The position numbers and the translations under genes were made by a program. This document shows positions 1-15,200 of a stretch of 64,000 nt of DNA, piece after piece (position 1 is the first letter of the stretch; every line of letters begins with the position of its first letter). The stretch is from Phoronis australis. Its lineage: Eukaryota; Animalia; Phoronida. The stretch spans positions 62,001 through 126,000 of the forward strand of contig NMRA01000256.1 of the NCBI GenBank assembly GCA_002633005.1, in the 5' to 3' direction. The notes beneath the pieces were generated by a model, which did not search any database, was not told the origin of the DNA, and saw nothing but the letters and a program-made list of their open reading frames with translations.

Positions 1-223
1 AACTACTTTTTGAGGGGACACACAAAATATTGCCCATTTTCATGACATATTGTTTTAAGTTCTTGAAGAGCCATCTGGTGTCTGAAGTCAAGCATAAAGT
101 CCTTTGCCAAGAGACGTGGTCCTGAAGGACAATCATCAATATGGTATAAGTTGAATCAAGCAAAAAGTTTAATATAAGCAATGTTGAAGCACAATGTGAG
201 AAAACACAACACAAAAAACTTAC

Positions 224-3200
224 ATTATTGTCGATGACAAATCCTTGCCTTATGCTGGATGAGTTATAATTGTTCATCATAGACATATCTCCACCTCCCT
301 GTAACTGCAACAAAAATGTCAAAAATATAAAACGGATTTATTTTACTAAAATTTCAAACAAGTCATTGTCTAAGACATCTACACAGTCATATCTTTTGTT
401 CTTAATCACTGAAGAAATTGCTCAAAGGATTGTTCCGACAAGTCAGAGAATATCACTTTAAATTGTGTTAAAGCTATATCTAAATAATATACTTATTGGT
501 AGTTTCCCAGAAAAAATAAATCCTTAGAAAATCTGTAATCACCATTTTTCAAGCCTTAGATTTCCATTACCACCTGGACACAAGCAATGGTGCAGATATA
601 CTGACAAGCTTAAGAAGGTATTATTGACTGGCTGTCCTATATTCACGCTTCAATCACGCACACAGGTATTAAGGCAAGTTGTCATGAGTGCCTTTACTAA
701 ATCCCGCTATGTGAACAAAAGCTTTGTCGAATGGTTTAACTTGATTATGGGTGAAAAATGTGCCAAGTTCTGAAACAACACTGATAATAATACAATGGTA
801 CAGATTTTTAAAAGAAAATAATGTCATTACAAGCAAGAAATTAGAAGATAATACCTAGCAAATAGAATTTAAGGACAACTTGCTCATTTCACACAAAATA
901 ACAGTCAAAAGTTTCATTTCACTATTTCTTAAACACTGACTACATTATGTAGGCTAAACATCGACTACAAAAAGAGAGGCAAAACATTGACTTCACTCAT
1001 AAGAAAGGTATACTACTTACTGCATGGTAATGTTCTGATAACATCTGAACTATCCATGACTGGGGGATGATGTTCATTTGTTGGATCTCCTGAATATTCA
1101 CATCTATAATAACACAAATCACAAGTTAATGAAGACAAACCGGATTACATATTACACTAAATACCTAGTGATTTCCCTATAGATTTAATAGGACAAATGT
1201 ACTTCACACATCAGAGTAAAAAACACAACAAAAATTCAGCGTAATGTTACACTTAAATGATATGGGAGATTATACAGAATGATAGATAACAGCAAAATTT
1301 GTAATTAAAATGTTTTAATGATATTTTAAGAACAGAGAAAAGAGAAAAAGTAAAGCCAGTGTTAAATATGACATACATCCGAGACACAAAAACAATAATT
1401 ACATAAGTGGAATAACACAAAAAGCATTCAACTGCAAAGGCAACATAAAACAGGATGTTAACATTTCTGGCTTCACAAACTTTGAACATAATCCATGTAT
1501 TCCTATGTATTCGAAGTATAACTTCAATTCAAAACAGTGTTAATGTTTTTTTAAGCTTGAAGCAATCACTCACTTTCTAGGATTCCATGCAAGCGTAGTG
1601 CCATAAACAGGGGAGCAAACTTCTGTCCTTCCTCCCGCTCAATAAATGCACCAGTTTTTGGCAAGCTGAAAATAAAAGTATGTAGTGAACATAACAAGGC
1701 TGATATGTCTCATGGAAGTTACTTAAAACTAAAAAACATAAATATGGTCTTGCACTCCTACTTCACAATTGCTGAGTAAAAGTTTAACCAAGTAATAATG
1801 AACGTTTCATGGTCTAGAAGTATTTTATCTAATTAATCTTAATAACTATCAGACGGTTCAGTTCTCAGACATTGCACTTTTCCTCAAGTGAGATTTAACT
1901 AAAATTTCTGAAATAGTTGTGTGAAGCATAAGACCAAATTTTTGACTCAAGTCCCTCTTCATGACACAGGGTATGGACTTAATTAGGAACTCACAAACTT
2001 GCCAAGCAATATCATTCAAGGTAAGGGAACCAAAGTTAGAAATGTATAATTTTTAGTCGACAAGTGGTATCCCCTTTGAGTCCATTTTAATCAAGTAATT
2101 TTCAGCTAATCATTCATAAAATCACAAATCAAAAGGAATGCAAATTAACACTATTGACCTTATTCGATGACACACCTGGCGAAGCAAAAAAAAATTGAAA
2201 TGTAAAATCCTGTTCAAAGTGTCATCTGATTTAGTAAACAGTAAAATTCAGGTCTGCTGTTCAACACAAATGAATAGAATCAAATAATCCCTAACTAGGC
2301 AGGCGTGTTTGTAATGTCAAGCACATGACTTTGATACACCTACCTGTTAAAGAATGAGACCACTGAACTGTGGGAAGGCATGAGTTGGAGGTGGGAGTTG
2401 ATTTGAAGGAACAGCCAGTAGGAAAGCACTTTGTACAGGGAGTATTCGTTGTAAGTGAACAGTCTGAAAAACAATGAGTTAAGCTTAGAAATCACACAAT
2501 TCAACTTTGGTACACCTTTACGTAGTACCGCAGCATTAAGTTAGTCACAGGACGAAACCCTACATTTGTATCAAAAACAGTTTAATTATTTCATTGTGTG
2601 CATCATAAATGTTTGCTTTACAAATTTCAGATTAAACCAACCCACTAACTATCTGTCTCATTCTCTGTGTTGCAATTTTTCTGCGTATCTTTCCAGAGAC
2701 TAATTTGTCTATTTTATACTTATCATTCTAGTGTCATAAAAATGTAAAGTTCTTCATGTCACCAACTATTGGTATCGTTTTTATCTCAGGAGTAGACCAT
2801 CAGTCATAGAGCANATAAGACCAAATTTTTGACTCAAGTCCCTCTTCATGACACAGGGTATGGACTTAATTAGGAACTCACAAACTTGCCAAGCAATATC
2901 ATTCAAGGTAAGGGAACCAAAGTTAGAAATGTATAATTTTTAGTCGACAAGTGGTATCCCCTTTGAGTCCATTTTAATCAAGTAATTTTCAGCTAATCAT
3001 TCATAAAATCACAAATCAAAAGGAATGCAAATTAACACTATTGACCTTATTCGATGACACACCTGGCGAAGCAAAAAAAAATTGAAATGTAAAATCCTGT
3101 TCAAAGTGTCATCTGATTTAGTAAACAGTAAAATTCAGGTCTGCTGTTCAACACAAATGAATAGAATCAAATAATCCCTAACTAGGCAGGCGTGTTTGTA

Positions 3201-6200
3201 ATGTCAAGCACATGACTTTGATACACCTACCTGTTAAAGAATGAGACCACTGAACTGTGGGAAGGCATGAGTTGGAGGTGGGAGTTGATTTGAAGGAACA
3301 GCCAGTATGAAAGCACTTTGTACAGGGAGTATTCGTTGTAAGTGAACAGTCTGAAAAACAATGAGTTAAGCTTAGAAATCACACAATTCAACTTTGGTAC
3401 ACCTTTACGTAGTACCGCAACATTAAGTTAGTCACAGAACGAAACCCTACATTTGTATCAAAAACAGTTTAATTATTTCTTTGTGTGCATCATAAATGTT
3501 TGCTTTACAAATTTCAAATTAAACCAACCCACTAACTATCTGTCTCATTCTCTGTGTTGCAATTTTTCTGCGTATCTTTCCAGAGACTAATTTGTCTATT
3601 TTATACTTATCATTCTAGAGTCATAAAAATATAAAGTTCTTCATGTCACCAACTATTGGTATCATTTTTATCTCAGGAGTAGACCTTCAGTCATAGAGCA
3701 CCATCCAAAACAACTCAGACAAAATGATCCGGGAGTCCTGCCATGACGTCTGGGCAGAAGCTTAACTCATTGTCACAGTAGTCTTGCCTCACGACTCAGA
3801 ATGAAGGGAATTAACTGAGAATATTTTAAGGTAACTAGTAATTTTTGGCTGAATCAGATTCCGGACAGACAAACAGTCTGATCACTTTTCTCTTGTACTG
3901 AAACTTTTAGTCACTGGGACATACGTCAAACATAAATGATTCTAAATGGACATCAGTTCATTAAGGAAGCAGAGTGTCTGCTGGAATCATCAGTGGTGAT
4001 GAGACCAGATGAGGAGCCAGATGATGAAAAGCACAACAGTGTATTAACAAACAATTCTCATCTTCTGTCACTCCTAATTTCAAAGCCAGTCTACACACTC
4101 ACACTGTCTTATATGAGTCCGTAGAGATCATACAATATTGTGTATGACATAACTGTGTTGACAGTGTTCTGATTGTCAAGCGTGAGTTTCTACAGGGTTG
4201 ATGCTACATGAGCGCCATGCTGTTGGGAGCATTCATGGATCGTCTTGGTGCAAACTACTGTGAATTGTTCATTCACTCTACTAGGTGTCATGTCAAACAT
4301 AAGCAGTTATAATTCTTTCACCTGACAGTGATCTTGTGAGATAAACGAAAATCTGAGTAAAATCAGACAGGGTCCATCTCAAATGAAAAATCAATTTTTG
4401 AGCCTGACAAATCATGCTACACCACCCGACTGTCTACGGTAACATACAGCAGTCATTTATGACTACCTATTGTGATTGCAGGACTTAAAGTGGAGTCAAA
4501 TACTTTCAGCTGATTGAGTGAGTCTGAAGTTTTTCATCAGATGGGGTTAAACGAGAACCGAGATGAATAATAAACTTTCCACATTTCCCCCTGCTGCATG
4601 CATTTACTGATGGCTCAAATACAAACAGTGCTTACGGTTATGAACAAGTACCCTAGAAAAATTCCAGTTTTGGCCAACTTCAGAACATCATATTTCAGAA
4701 ATGGCTGACCGTATTCATATGAAACTTTCTGCTAATTTATGCATAGATTCCCAAATTGTTGTAAGGGACTAATTTTAAAATGTTCCCATTTTGCATGAGG
4801 GGCTATCAAAATATAAGACATGTATGATTATCAACAAATTAAAGTTGCATAAAACAAAAATGAAAAGTAAAACAGCACTTTCGAGATCTCACCAATTTAG
4901 TCATGTGATTGGTATCATTGTTTCATTCTTCATACCCCTTTATTTTTTTTTTTGCTAAAGTGACATGCTCATGAGACCCAATTAATCATAGATTCATGAT
5001 AAAAAGTCAAAAATCAAATTTAAGGATATCTACTTTAAGAAAATATGTATTCTCACCGTGTTAAAGTCTATAGGTTTGTAGATGTTTGGCTGAAAACACA
5101 GACCTATCAATAACGTCCTACATACCTTAATACTTTCCCAAAACACGGTATCTGTGAACAGCAATGAGACAGAGGAAATGTTAGCGTTTTATTAGTAAAG
5201 CAATGCCAACAACTCACCTGTTTGATTTGAGCACTTTGAGTAGAATGTCGCTAGGCAGGTCTCGCAGGTGAATCTGCGTGGCCAACTGGGGAATGAGATT
5301 GAGTTCAAGCCACCGTTCACAGGCAGTTACAACGTCATCCCGATTGTACTGAAAACATAAGTAAAATTTCATCTTATTTGGTTAAGCTTGATTAAAATGG
5401 TATGAAACATCCATAGAAAAAATTCAATTCTTTTTACATGGCATTCTCTTCTTACTTAGAAGACAGGAAGCCCGTAAACACTCACTATACAAACTCTTCA
5501 GAAGACTTAACTAATTTATAACATATTTCCCTCACATTTAGAAATTATTATACCATAATTCTAAATAATTTGAATGAACATTCTGACTACAAAAACAAGA
5601 TCATTAAGTTTACATGATCTGGATATCAGTTCACCGGAGATTTGTACTTGTGATCAAAGTCTTCATCAATTCCCAGCACAAAGTGACAAACAACACTGCG
5701 TACTCACCCTAGTTGAGGCGACGTAAAAGGCACATATAGTATTGGGTCTCATGTTGTTCATCATCACTTGAGCACAACTAGAACAGACAAATACAACAGT
5801 TATAATACAGCTGATAACTGGGCAAGTGACGGGAAATGTCAGAAAGTATGCTAAATTATTACTTAAGTAAAGTACAACCATTAAAAATAACTTAATTTTT
5901 ATTCAAAACTCTCTTTAAAAGCATACAGTTGCTCCCGGCAGGTACATAGTTGACAAAATGAACTTGACAAACTTGGAATTTAAAAAGCTTTCAATGCAAA
6001 CAACTGCAACTTATCCATTTCTTTTTACCAGGACCCATTTTAATTCTGGATAAATCTCAATTAAGCTATGCACTTTTTTGAAATTAATGCAATCTTACAA
6101 GGCCCAATCACAAAAAAACAGTTAGAGGCTACACGCAATAAGCTTTAATTAACTTCCGCCTAAAGTTCAGCAAACACGCTATTTCATTGTGACAAAAGTT

Positions 6201-9200
6201 CATCTAGCAGTGAAACAATTACGAATGTGTCTAAGTTTGTCAGTCTAACACAGTTGTGTCAAAAGTTGGCTAGTTTATGTTAATAAATACAATGCATAGA
6301 TAGACAACTACCTTCCTACTCCCCATACATTAAATATGTCCATAATAACATGCAATGCAAATCAGTAAAATTGGTTGAGAATAAACACAAATATAAACTA
6401 AAAAATATTAATCATAACTTTTTTTCCAAATAAAATTTGCGGCAGTATTGCTAAAAATTTACATCCCCACTTGGAAGACATACCTGAAATTCATGCATTG
6501 AATTCAACAATAAAAAATGCAAACACCAGCAGAGCTGCAATTAAGAAATACTAATAGTATTCAATTGAAGAAACTCGATTATTGTAATGTAGAAACTCGA
6601 TTATTGTAATGTAAAGTGGAAAAAGACAAGTATCTTTAAAAACCATACCATCACTGGCTGAAGACTGAAACCCCGCATCACGTACAAAACAAGAGCAAGC
6701 ATGGTACGTACAGTTATACTGACCGAGTTTGAGAATGCAGTAAATAGCTTACCCATCTTCAAGATCTTTGAATTTTAAAAAGCTAGCACAAGCAAGCACT
6801 TTGGCCACCTCAAACACTTCAACTTCTGTGTCGTCATGGTAAAGGTTGCCAAGAGCAACAGCCATAGCTAAAGAACAAGTACCAAGCAACAGTCATATGG
6901 ATTGATGAAGAAGTCAATGGAAATGTTATAACAAAATACAAAAACGTAAACAAAAAACATATAAGTGTTTCAGCATCATCAGTCAGACATGAAAAGAATC
7001 ATGCGTTGACACCCTCACCGAGATTGGGCAACTCCAACGGTTTGCGTACCACAAAATCACCATGCTGTTGTAGTTAATCACATTGCTACAGGCGCCAGTT
7101 ATTGTTCTACCGATAATCAGGCCCATCATAAACATACTGGGGGCGGCAATAGCATATTTAAATTTTCGTTTCCAAAGTTCTTACTTAGCACTGAACTACT
7201 TGATAGTTTGTGAAAAGTGCACTTGATTGGGTTTTTGAATTTCGAAAATAGGACAAGAAATGTTACTTTTACAACCTAAAACTTCTTGTATAATTTTGCA
7301 ATTTTTTGGTAATCATCAATTATATGGGGTGTGCAACATTATTGGTCCAATTACTAAACCACAAGGTCGTAGTTGGATTTTGAGGTAAGCCAAGTGTCAC
7401 TGTACAAAAACCTTGGCATGTAATGACATGCTATTGTATTTGGCTACTGCCTTATGTATGCAAAAAATTCAGCAACATTAACCTTTAGAACAAACAAACC
7501 CACACCATAGCAAAAAGAATTGTCTAACAAGTTCTTGGCTTTCAAATATTATCACAAATCATAGTGATAAATTCTGACAATCATTTACAAATATAATGTA
7601 TTAAGCAAATGCATAAAGACAGCTTTCTGGGCACACACACCTTGTCATACATTGCGTAAACGTTGGTCATAACTACAGAGGCTAAAACGATTACAAGAAA
7701 AACATATTTCAACACACCTTGTTTGGTAATGAAAGGATCTCTAACATCCACTTTGAGTTCTGTCATGGAGCGCACTCTGGTGTCAGTATACATAGAAGGA
7801 TGTGTGATGTCTTTATTTTCAACTTCATCATCACCTGTCTCAATAATTGTACTTAACCTGACAAGTAAAAATTAAAGTAAAATAAAAAACATATTAGAGA
7901 CTAACAAAAAACAAAGCTGTACACAATTAGAAGTTGCTGACACAAGAGAATTACTGGAGTAAGATACCCTACAGAGCTAAATGATAAGATTTGTCACAGA
8001 AAACAATCTCATAAAATGTCATGCTAATAGGGCTGGAAACAAAAACCTGTAGCCTCACATGAGATCAGCTTTGCAGTTATAACTTGATCAAGAAAAAGTT
8101 GATGAGGCCATTTTATACACTGAAACATTATGGCCATTTAAAGTGGATTAAAACACTATCACTGAAGAGCAAAACAGAGAAGTAAAAAGTTTGGATATCT
8201 TGATAATAACAATAAGTATGAATACTAACAATTTTTACTCAGAATCAGGAATGCGTTCTGCAGATGCAACAGTCTCGAAAGACAACACAAACTGCATTCA
8301 GTGTGTCATGGCTGTGCTCATGAGTTTACTAGCATACCTTAGCAAAATAACAGTCAGTGATTGGTCGGAGAGCTTGGAATGATAAATTGTGGGATAGAAG
8401 TCCCTGTTTCTGTTCCATAGGCGGAACGTTTTAGCAGCAAGTACCTCATGAGAGTCTTGGGTCTGCAGAACGCACTCTAGCTAGAATGTTCAGCATTACC
8501 TGTTACTCATATCTTGATATTCGTTACTGTAATACTGGCTTCGACTGATGTATTGGTCGAGGGTTTCTGAGGCAGGATTTCTACAAAAGGAAAACGGGGA
8601 CTACTGAAATCAATGCTATAACATCTTTTTGAAACACCTCTTGGACATAATGTTTATATCAACCAGACTAACTACAATGTACTGAAAGACCAGTGACAAG
8701 AAACACAAAACCTAACGTTATTCTGACCGTGTACCTGTAGTATTTCTGTGGTCGTGGATTCTCAGCACTGTGTAATAAGTTAGAGAGGGTTCGTGACTTC
8801 TGGAAGAACAGTCGATGCAATTCCCACTCAATACCAAGGCACTTCAACAGGACATCTGAAAATATGTTGATCCAAGATGAAATGCGTGGTACAACATTTG
8901 TGCAGTCACAAGGGAATGGAGAATCTCGTCTGTCTCGTGTTGTTTCACAGAGAATACTGTGGATGTAACTATTGGGGGCTGTCTCTCAACTCCATTGGCT
9001 GACTAAAGATGAGTCTAGAGACGGCTTACCCTGTTTCTTGAAATCAGGTCTAAGGCTAAAATCTGTCTACAACATGAAGTCAGAAGACAGAAATGCTGAC
9101 TAAAAGCAAAAGGCAATAGGGAATTTTTTTGACTATTAACTCTACAAGAAACAGACCACAGCAGTAAGGCATATGACATCTAAGTGGTCCAAACTAGTAA

Positions 9201-12200
9201 TAGATCGTTTGTGGCTGTCCAAAGTTAGCCGAAAAGTGGGACAAAATCACCATCTTGCATACGGTCTTCTTAAACCGTCATGGAAATTTATATCTCTGGG
9301 ACAGAAATCTCTTCAGACTGATATTCCTTAGGTCACATGACCTGGTTACAGGTTTCTGCTGCCAGACTTCAAAATGTTTGTGATAAGGTCTATAGTTTTG
9401 CACATAGAAAACCAGCCCATCTTCCAAACTCCAGACTGTCTCCCGCAGTACACAAGCAGGTTATTGCTATGATGTCAAGAGAAGTGAGACAAAAATCCAC
9501 CTTACTTCTTATCTCCGATAAATATTTTCCTACCTCCAGCATTGCATTGTGAAACAGGCTATTCCCATGATGTTTTCAGTCCAGGTTGTAATTCATATAA
9601 AAAACACAAAATATCCTGGATCGTATTGCTATAGCGCTGTATAATAGTTTGGTATAAGGAATTAGTATTACAGTGGTGTACTATTCATAAAGAGTATTAA
9701 GATAACGAGCCAGAGATAGCCAGTGTCAATCATGCCATAACATTTCCGTTCATAATGATATCAAACCAGTCACTGGCCGAAAACAAGAAGTCAAACAACT
9801 CAGCAGTAAAAAGTGAATTAACTTATGTCCAACATTCACAAGTATGTTTTGAAAACACTAGTTATGTAACAGATGTACATACCAGGTGCTCCTCTGTTCT
9901 CGTTCTTTTTAGAGTGGTACAGAAAAATGTCAATAGGAGTCGCTGGTCTAGCACTGTTGGGCATAAATGACCGTATAGCTGGATGTGGACCACTGCTGAA
10001 ACAGATAATATACGGTGAAAATCATGTTTGACTAGTGTCAGAAAGTTTGATTGCAAACAAAGAGTTTTTGCTACTATCCTGTTAAATAGTAAAAACAGCA
10101 GCAGATAGACAATAAATTGCTAAAACGTGTATTAAAAGCGGCCATACATGTCATTCTTGCAGACTTGTTCAGTGCCAATTTATCATCTTTTTACTATTTT
10201 ACTGTTTTGTTACCGGTAACATCCTTTAGTATTGCACACCTTCTTAATTACCAATTTAATATACACTTAGTAAGAGATCGAAGCAAAAGTAACAAAACTC
10301 GTAATACCAACTTACTAAAAATAATGCAATCCCAAAACATAAAACAGCAACAAGATTACTAATGATAGGACCATAAAATACAGTACAAACCAAAAGTATA
10401 TCACTCGCAGACAAAATAACCCGAAATTGCTCGTCCTGACGGCTGGACAAAAGACAAATAGATCGTCATAGTAGGTCTTCCCTCACATCATGACCACAAA
10501 TGAAGTAAAATTAATGGCAAAAATATCAAGGTGGCCAAGCAGTTTTGCGATTTGAATTTTGGATCTAGGCACCTGAGCCTAAATACGTGCACACGGTGGA
10601 ATAGATGTTAATGGATGATGATGATTAGCATTGACAAATTTTATAATCATTCAGTTATGATTAACTGACAAAAATATTATTATAGTGAAGATATAGATAA
10701 CAGTTAATTGGAGTGTGCCAATCCAATTCTACAGTACATCTCCAAATTGTTTTCTATTGCTCAAGAATTAGAATCATGCAGTATATCACAAAAACACGCA
10801 AAGTTTTCAATTCCCCAGAAATACCTTAAGTTTGGAGCAGTGCTAGGGAGCTTCTTTGGGTGTATCGTGGTGGAGGCCCGCACTTGTTGGTGAGGAGCAG
10901 GTAACGTGACGGGACGATCACTGAATTGACGTAGATGGTACGACTCATTTGTGTCTAAGTGGAAGGAACGTTGAGGACCCTCACCTGAAATAATGAAGCC
11001 AAGAAAATATCGTTATCACCTTCAACGCCATCAGCGTTTTCTGCCGACAAGCAATATCTGGAAACATGGCATATTCAATCCAAATATACACTCAAGGATT
11101 ATTGCTGGAGCTGAAGTAATTAACACAAGGACATATCAGTAACATGATTACCATAACATGAACCTTTTCTTTAGTAACAAATTGTTTGCAAGGGAAAAGG
11201 TTTTGGAAAAGGGAATAAACCAAGTTCACTCTGAAATAAAGTTCATCAATTCACAATCTGAGACCAATATCAAAACATTAAAAAACAAAATTTGGGTTTT
11301 GTATTGGAAAGACAGTTTATTAATGAAGCTTGAATGAAGATGGAGTAAGTCTACAGCTTCCTAACAGCATTAGTTTCATTCCAACATTCTTTGTAACACA
11401 TTCCGATAAATTAAATAACAAGCTGAAATTTTTGTGAACACTTCCTCTTTTTCTTCAACTGAAATCTTAAAGAATGACTCGAAATTATTGTCTGTGTAAT
11501 GACTCATCCGCATGTGTCCGTATCACATGGTAGCACTGGGGGATTCTAGGAAGGAATAAAATTACACCTTTTTCACTTACTAGTCATAATGCACACCTTA
11601 GCTGATGGCTACTCAGCAAATGACCTTTAACTTTCATGCTAAGTTCTCCTGACCAGCAATCCATCAACTTTCAATGATAATTAAAAGATATGCACCAGTC
11701 TGGCTAATTTGTGCCATAGCTCTGTTGCAACATTGCAAATGTGTGTTAAAGATGCTATGTCTTATTAAAACTGTGAATATCTAAATTTGGATACAGTGCC
11801 ACCTAGTGACTTCCTGAGAACTGTGTGTACAAGTATGATCAGGAAAAGAAACAATTTGTAAATAAATTAGAGCTTTAAAGAAAGCACTACAACTGATACA
11901 CCTAAAAACAAGTGTGAACATGTAAAAAACCTAGGAAGTACTACACAAAAATTATTAGTGAAACAAACAAATAATAAAAACTGTGCCTAATGTTTACTCA
12001 TGGTTAAACGACGAAATATTGCCACAGATACTCATTTACATAAAAATAGTCTACAAAATGACTTTCCCAAGGTTGTAATTGTAACTAGTTCACGGATGGT
12101 TTACGGCACACTGAAGGACCCGGTGTTGTTTGCAAATTGTACTTCATTTGTGTATTTACAATTTAACAAGACTATACATCTTTAAGCGTATCCTAGCAAT

Positions 12201-15200
12201 ACCTTCATTAGAAACTCACAGTACCTTGTACTAACATCTCCAATAGATTTGAACAAGAACTCAGCTGGCATCATTTTGAGCCCTAATCTAAGTCCTTCGT
12301 GCATGGAGCAAGCTTGCAATCCATGAGACAAATCCTATGTTAACATTTGAGGTTTTGTTACCCCAACGCTTAAGCGAGCCTAAGCCAGACCCGTCATAAT
12401 CCATTCACAAATTAATGCTCGATGCTTAGCCGCGATGCTGAAGAAACTCTACACCCTAATTTCTCTTACAATGCATTTATTTTACAAATTCAAAGACGGC
12501 TATTTACTTTTCAATTTTAAAAAAAACAGTCATGCTGGTCTCTTGCCTTGTTGGGTTTTTAACTTTGAAACTCGTAGACTAAACAGGTGTACGCTGGTTC
12601 ATGACTGCAATTATCTCATCCAGCATGTTCAGCCAAGCCCATGAATAGTAAGTAGCTCCCTCTAATCCGTGACGGAACCATCAAGCTTAATTGATGATTT
12701 TTAACTTTTTGGCTTCAGAAATTGACTTTCTTGTGAACATTCACTTTAGCTTACAATAGGTTTTCAGGAAAGAAATGTGATGCGATGGGAATTGATTTGT
12801 TGCAGACTCTTGTTTCAATTGGGAGGGACCTGTTCACCTGAATGCATTCATCATGGCACATGAAATTGGCATTTGACTTGAGTGTGATGTGAGACAAAAG
12901 ATTGCTGGAATACTTAACCGTGGACTTGATTGACATCTGGGAGTTGAAAGTGCTGTTCTACAAAGTTTAAACTACTAAATTAAATCAGTCACAAGACTCC
13001 AACCTCACCTGTCATTATTTTCACCATTGTTTTGTTATAGGGCATGTTGAGTGCGCGTGTGGCTTGAGCGACCCCGAGTAGGTCACTGCCCAGTGAATAG
13101 GGTATTCTCCAACGATTGGTGGAGCCTACTTGCTTGCGTTCTCGACACCGTGGCGACACGCGAAACTGTAATAGACATAAAATCACTAACACCTTACGCA
13201 AAATATTGGATTTAAAAACTTCATGAAACAAAAAGTCGTCATCAGACAGATTATAAGATATATTTATTGGAATACACACATTAGGCCATTGGGCCATAGT
13301 ATAACAAATACAAGAAAGTAGTTATTGTAAAGTGCTTTACAAACTAGACACTAAATTGTGATGTTTGAAAGCATAGTGGACAAATTTTAGATGTGAGATA
13401 TCTCATGAGGAATTCAAATTCAAGGGTGGGAGATTGACAAAAGGGAACACTTGAGAAATCTAGCCAAAGATCCTTGTAGACAATGCACATTTCAAACAGA
13501 AAGTGATTGTCTTCCACAAAACCCAATTTACAGAACTTACACATTACCCTATTTTCATAACGAATATTTGTGTGGTGGCATCTTTACACAAGCAATGATG
13601 ATTTGAACACCACAGTCACATATAAAATAACCCTTTAACTGTGTGGTTCAGGTCATTATCAGCGGCTGATACCAAATTCACCTTATTTGTAAGGTCACGT
13701 AATTTTGGGCACACTGTGATGAAGGATTCAGAATTAATGCAAGCACAAATTGTAACTTTCATATATCTCTGGGTCAATTTTTATTTTTTAAAAAGCGAAT
13801 TCCAAAAAAATCTCCACTCAGCATGATACCGACTCTCAATTTCACAACACAACACTGGTGTTTAGTTGCTATGCATATGAAAAACCAAGAAACCAGTCAC
13901 CTTGGTTTCCTGCATTGGGGTGTTTTGTTTTCTGAAATATTATCATATTTGCTAAATGAATACAGCGATGAACCAAGTTGGATACTTTCTACAGCATGAC
14001 TTTACAGGAGTTGGCAAATGAATACTCAACTTAAATCGAACCAAATTTTAAGGCAGCAATAAATTTGCTTTAGTACAGTGACTAAATTTAGTTAAATTTT
14101 TCAAATACAAGTTAATATTTTTTCAGTACAACAACAAGAATTAATGATTAGTATTAAAATCACAAGAACATGATGGATTTTATTGTTTTATAACTCTTGT
14201 CAAAGACAACTTCAAAATGTCTAACCCATTCACCAGTAATCCCAAAAATGCACTTTTCCGCCATACAAAGGATAATGTCCATTTAAGTGACCAAAAGTTT
14301 TGCTGACCAACAGGAAATAAGAAAAGTAATCAAAGAATTATTGTAGCCAACTAACATTCAATTCATGACATACCTATAACTTCTAATCACAAGAAATATA
14401 AGATTTTTCAAATTTGTCAGCTTTTAATCCCAACATACAATTACAATTAATAATGTGCAATGGTGTATTGATTAAATAATTACCTATATTGACAGGAGCA
14501 GCTTTTAGCAAAATTAACATGCAATTTCTCAATGTTTCAGCTTAAAAAGCAATTGATCCAGATCCTAATCACGGATGCATTAAGTACCCACAGCAATTTT
14601 GTTCACATAGAAATCAGCAGCGAGCTTGTGCGATCCACAGTTCTTAACTAATTAAGTACTACATAACACGCTTTCTCACTCATGGCTGATGGTTTAAATG
14701 GGCGAAAGACAGATTTTTAAAAGAAACGGATGGTGTTTGGTGAGCACGTCAGATTGCTCGGGTCCAGAGTTATAGGGTGGTATGTGCATGGACAAACCCT
14801 TGTCCTAAAATTTACTGCATCACTCTCATTCTTAGGTAGTTACCCCCAAATACAACGGATGTCAAGCACATGTCCCACTTTTTCACGTGTGAATGTACTC
14901 TACATCACTATCTCATATCCTACATGCAATTCATTATTGTAATGTTGCTTTTTCAAATGACAGTGCTGACACCAAAATTTGCAAAAGGACAAATACCATC
15001 GCTGGATGTGCACCCATTGTTAACCAACTCAGAAGTGCCCGACACAGTCATGCAATTATTTTTCTACCTCCACCAAAAGAAGAGTTCAATTCAGGATGCC
15101 GTGGGTCTCGACTGCGTGGTCAAGTAGCCTACCAATTTTTCAACAATCAATGGATTCGCCGCATATTTTCATCAGCTGAACAACATATAATCTCTACCCT

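Noticed and set aside
4155-4260. IVKREFLQG*CYMSAMLL, faintly like an RT QG motif
   Set aside because: Single weak motif with no flanking RT motifs.
8338-8480. Open frame with a good donor downstream of the BTBD16 exon 8580-8500
   Set aside because: Separated by three in-frame stops, and no acceptor gives the right phase with a plausible intron length.
12838-12936. Possible extra BTBD16 exon with AG/GT ends on the minus strand
   Set aside because: In the required phase 1 it hits a stop after 7 codons.
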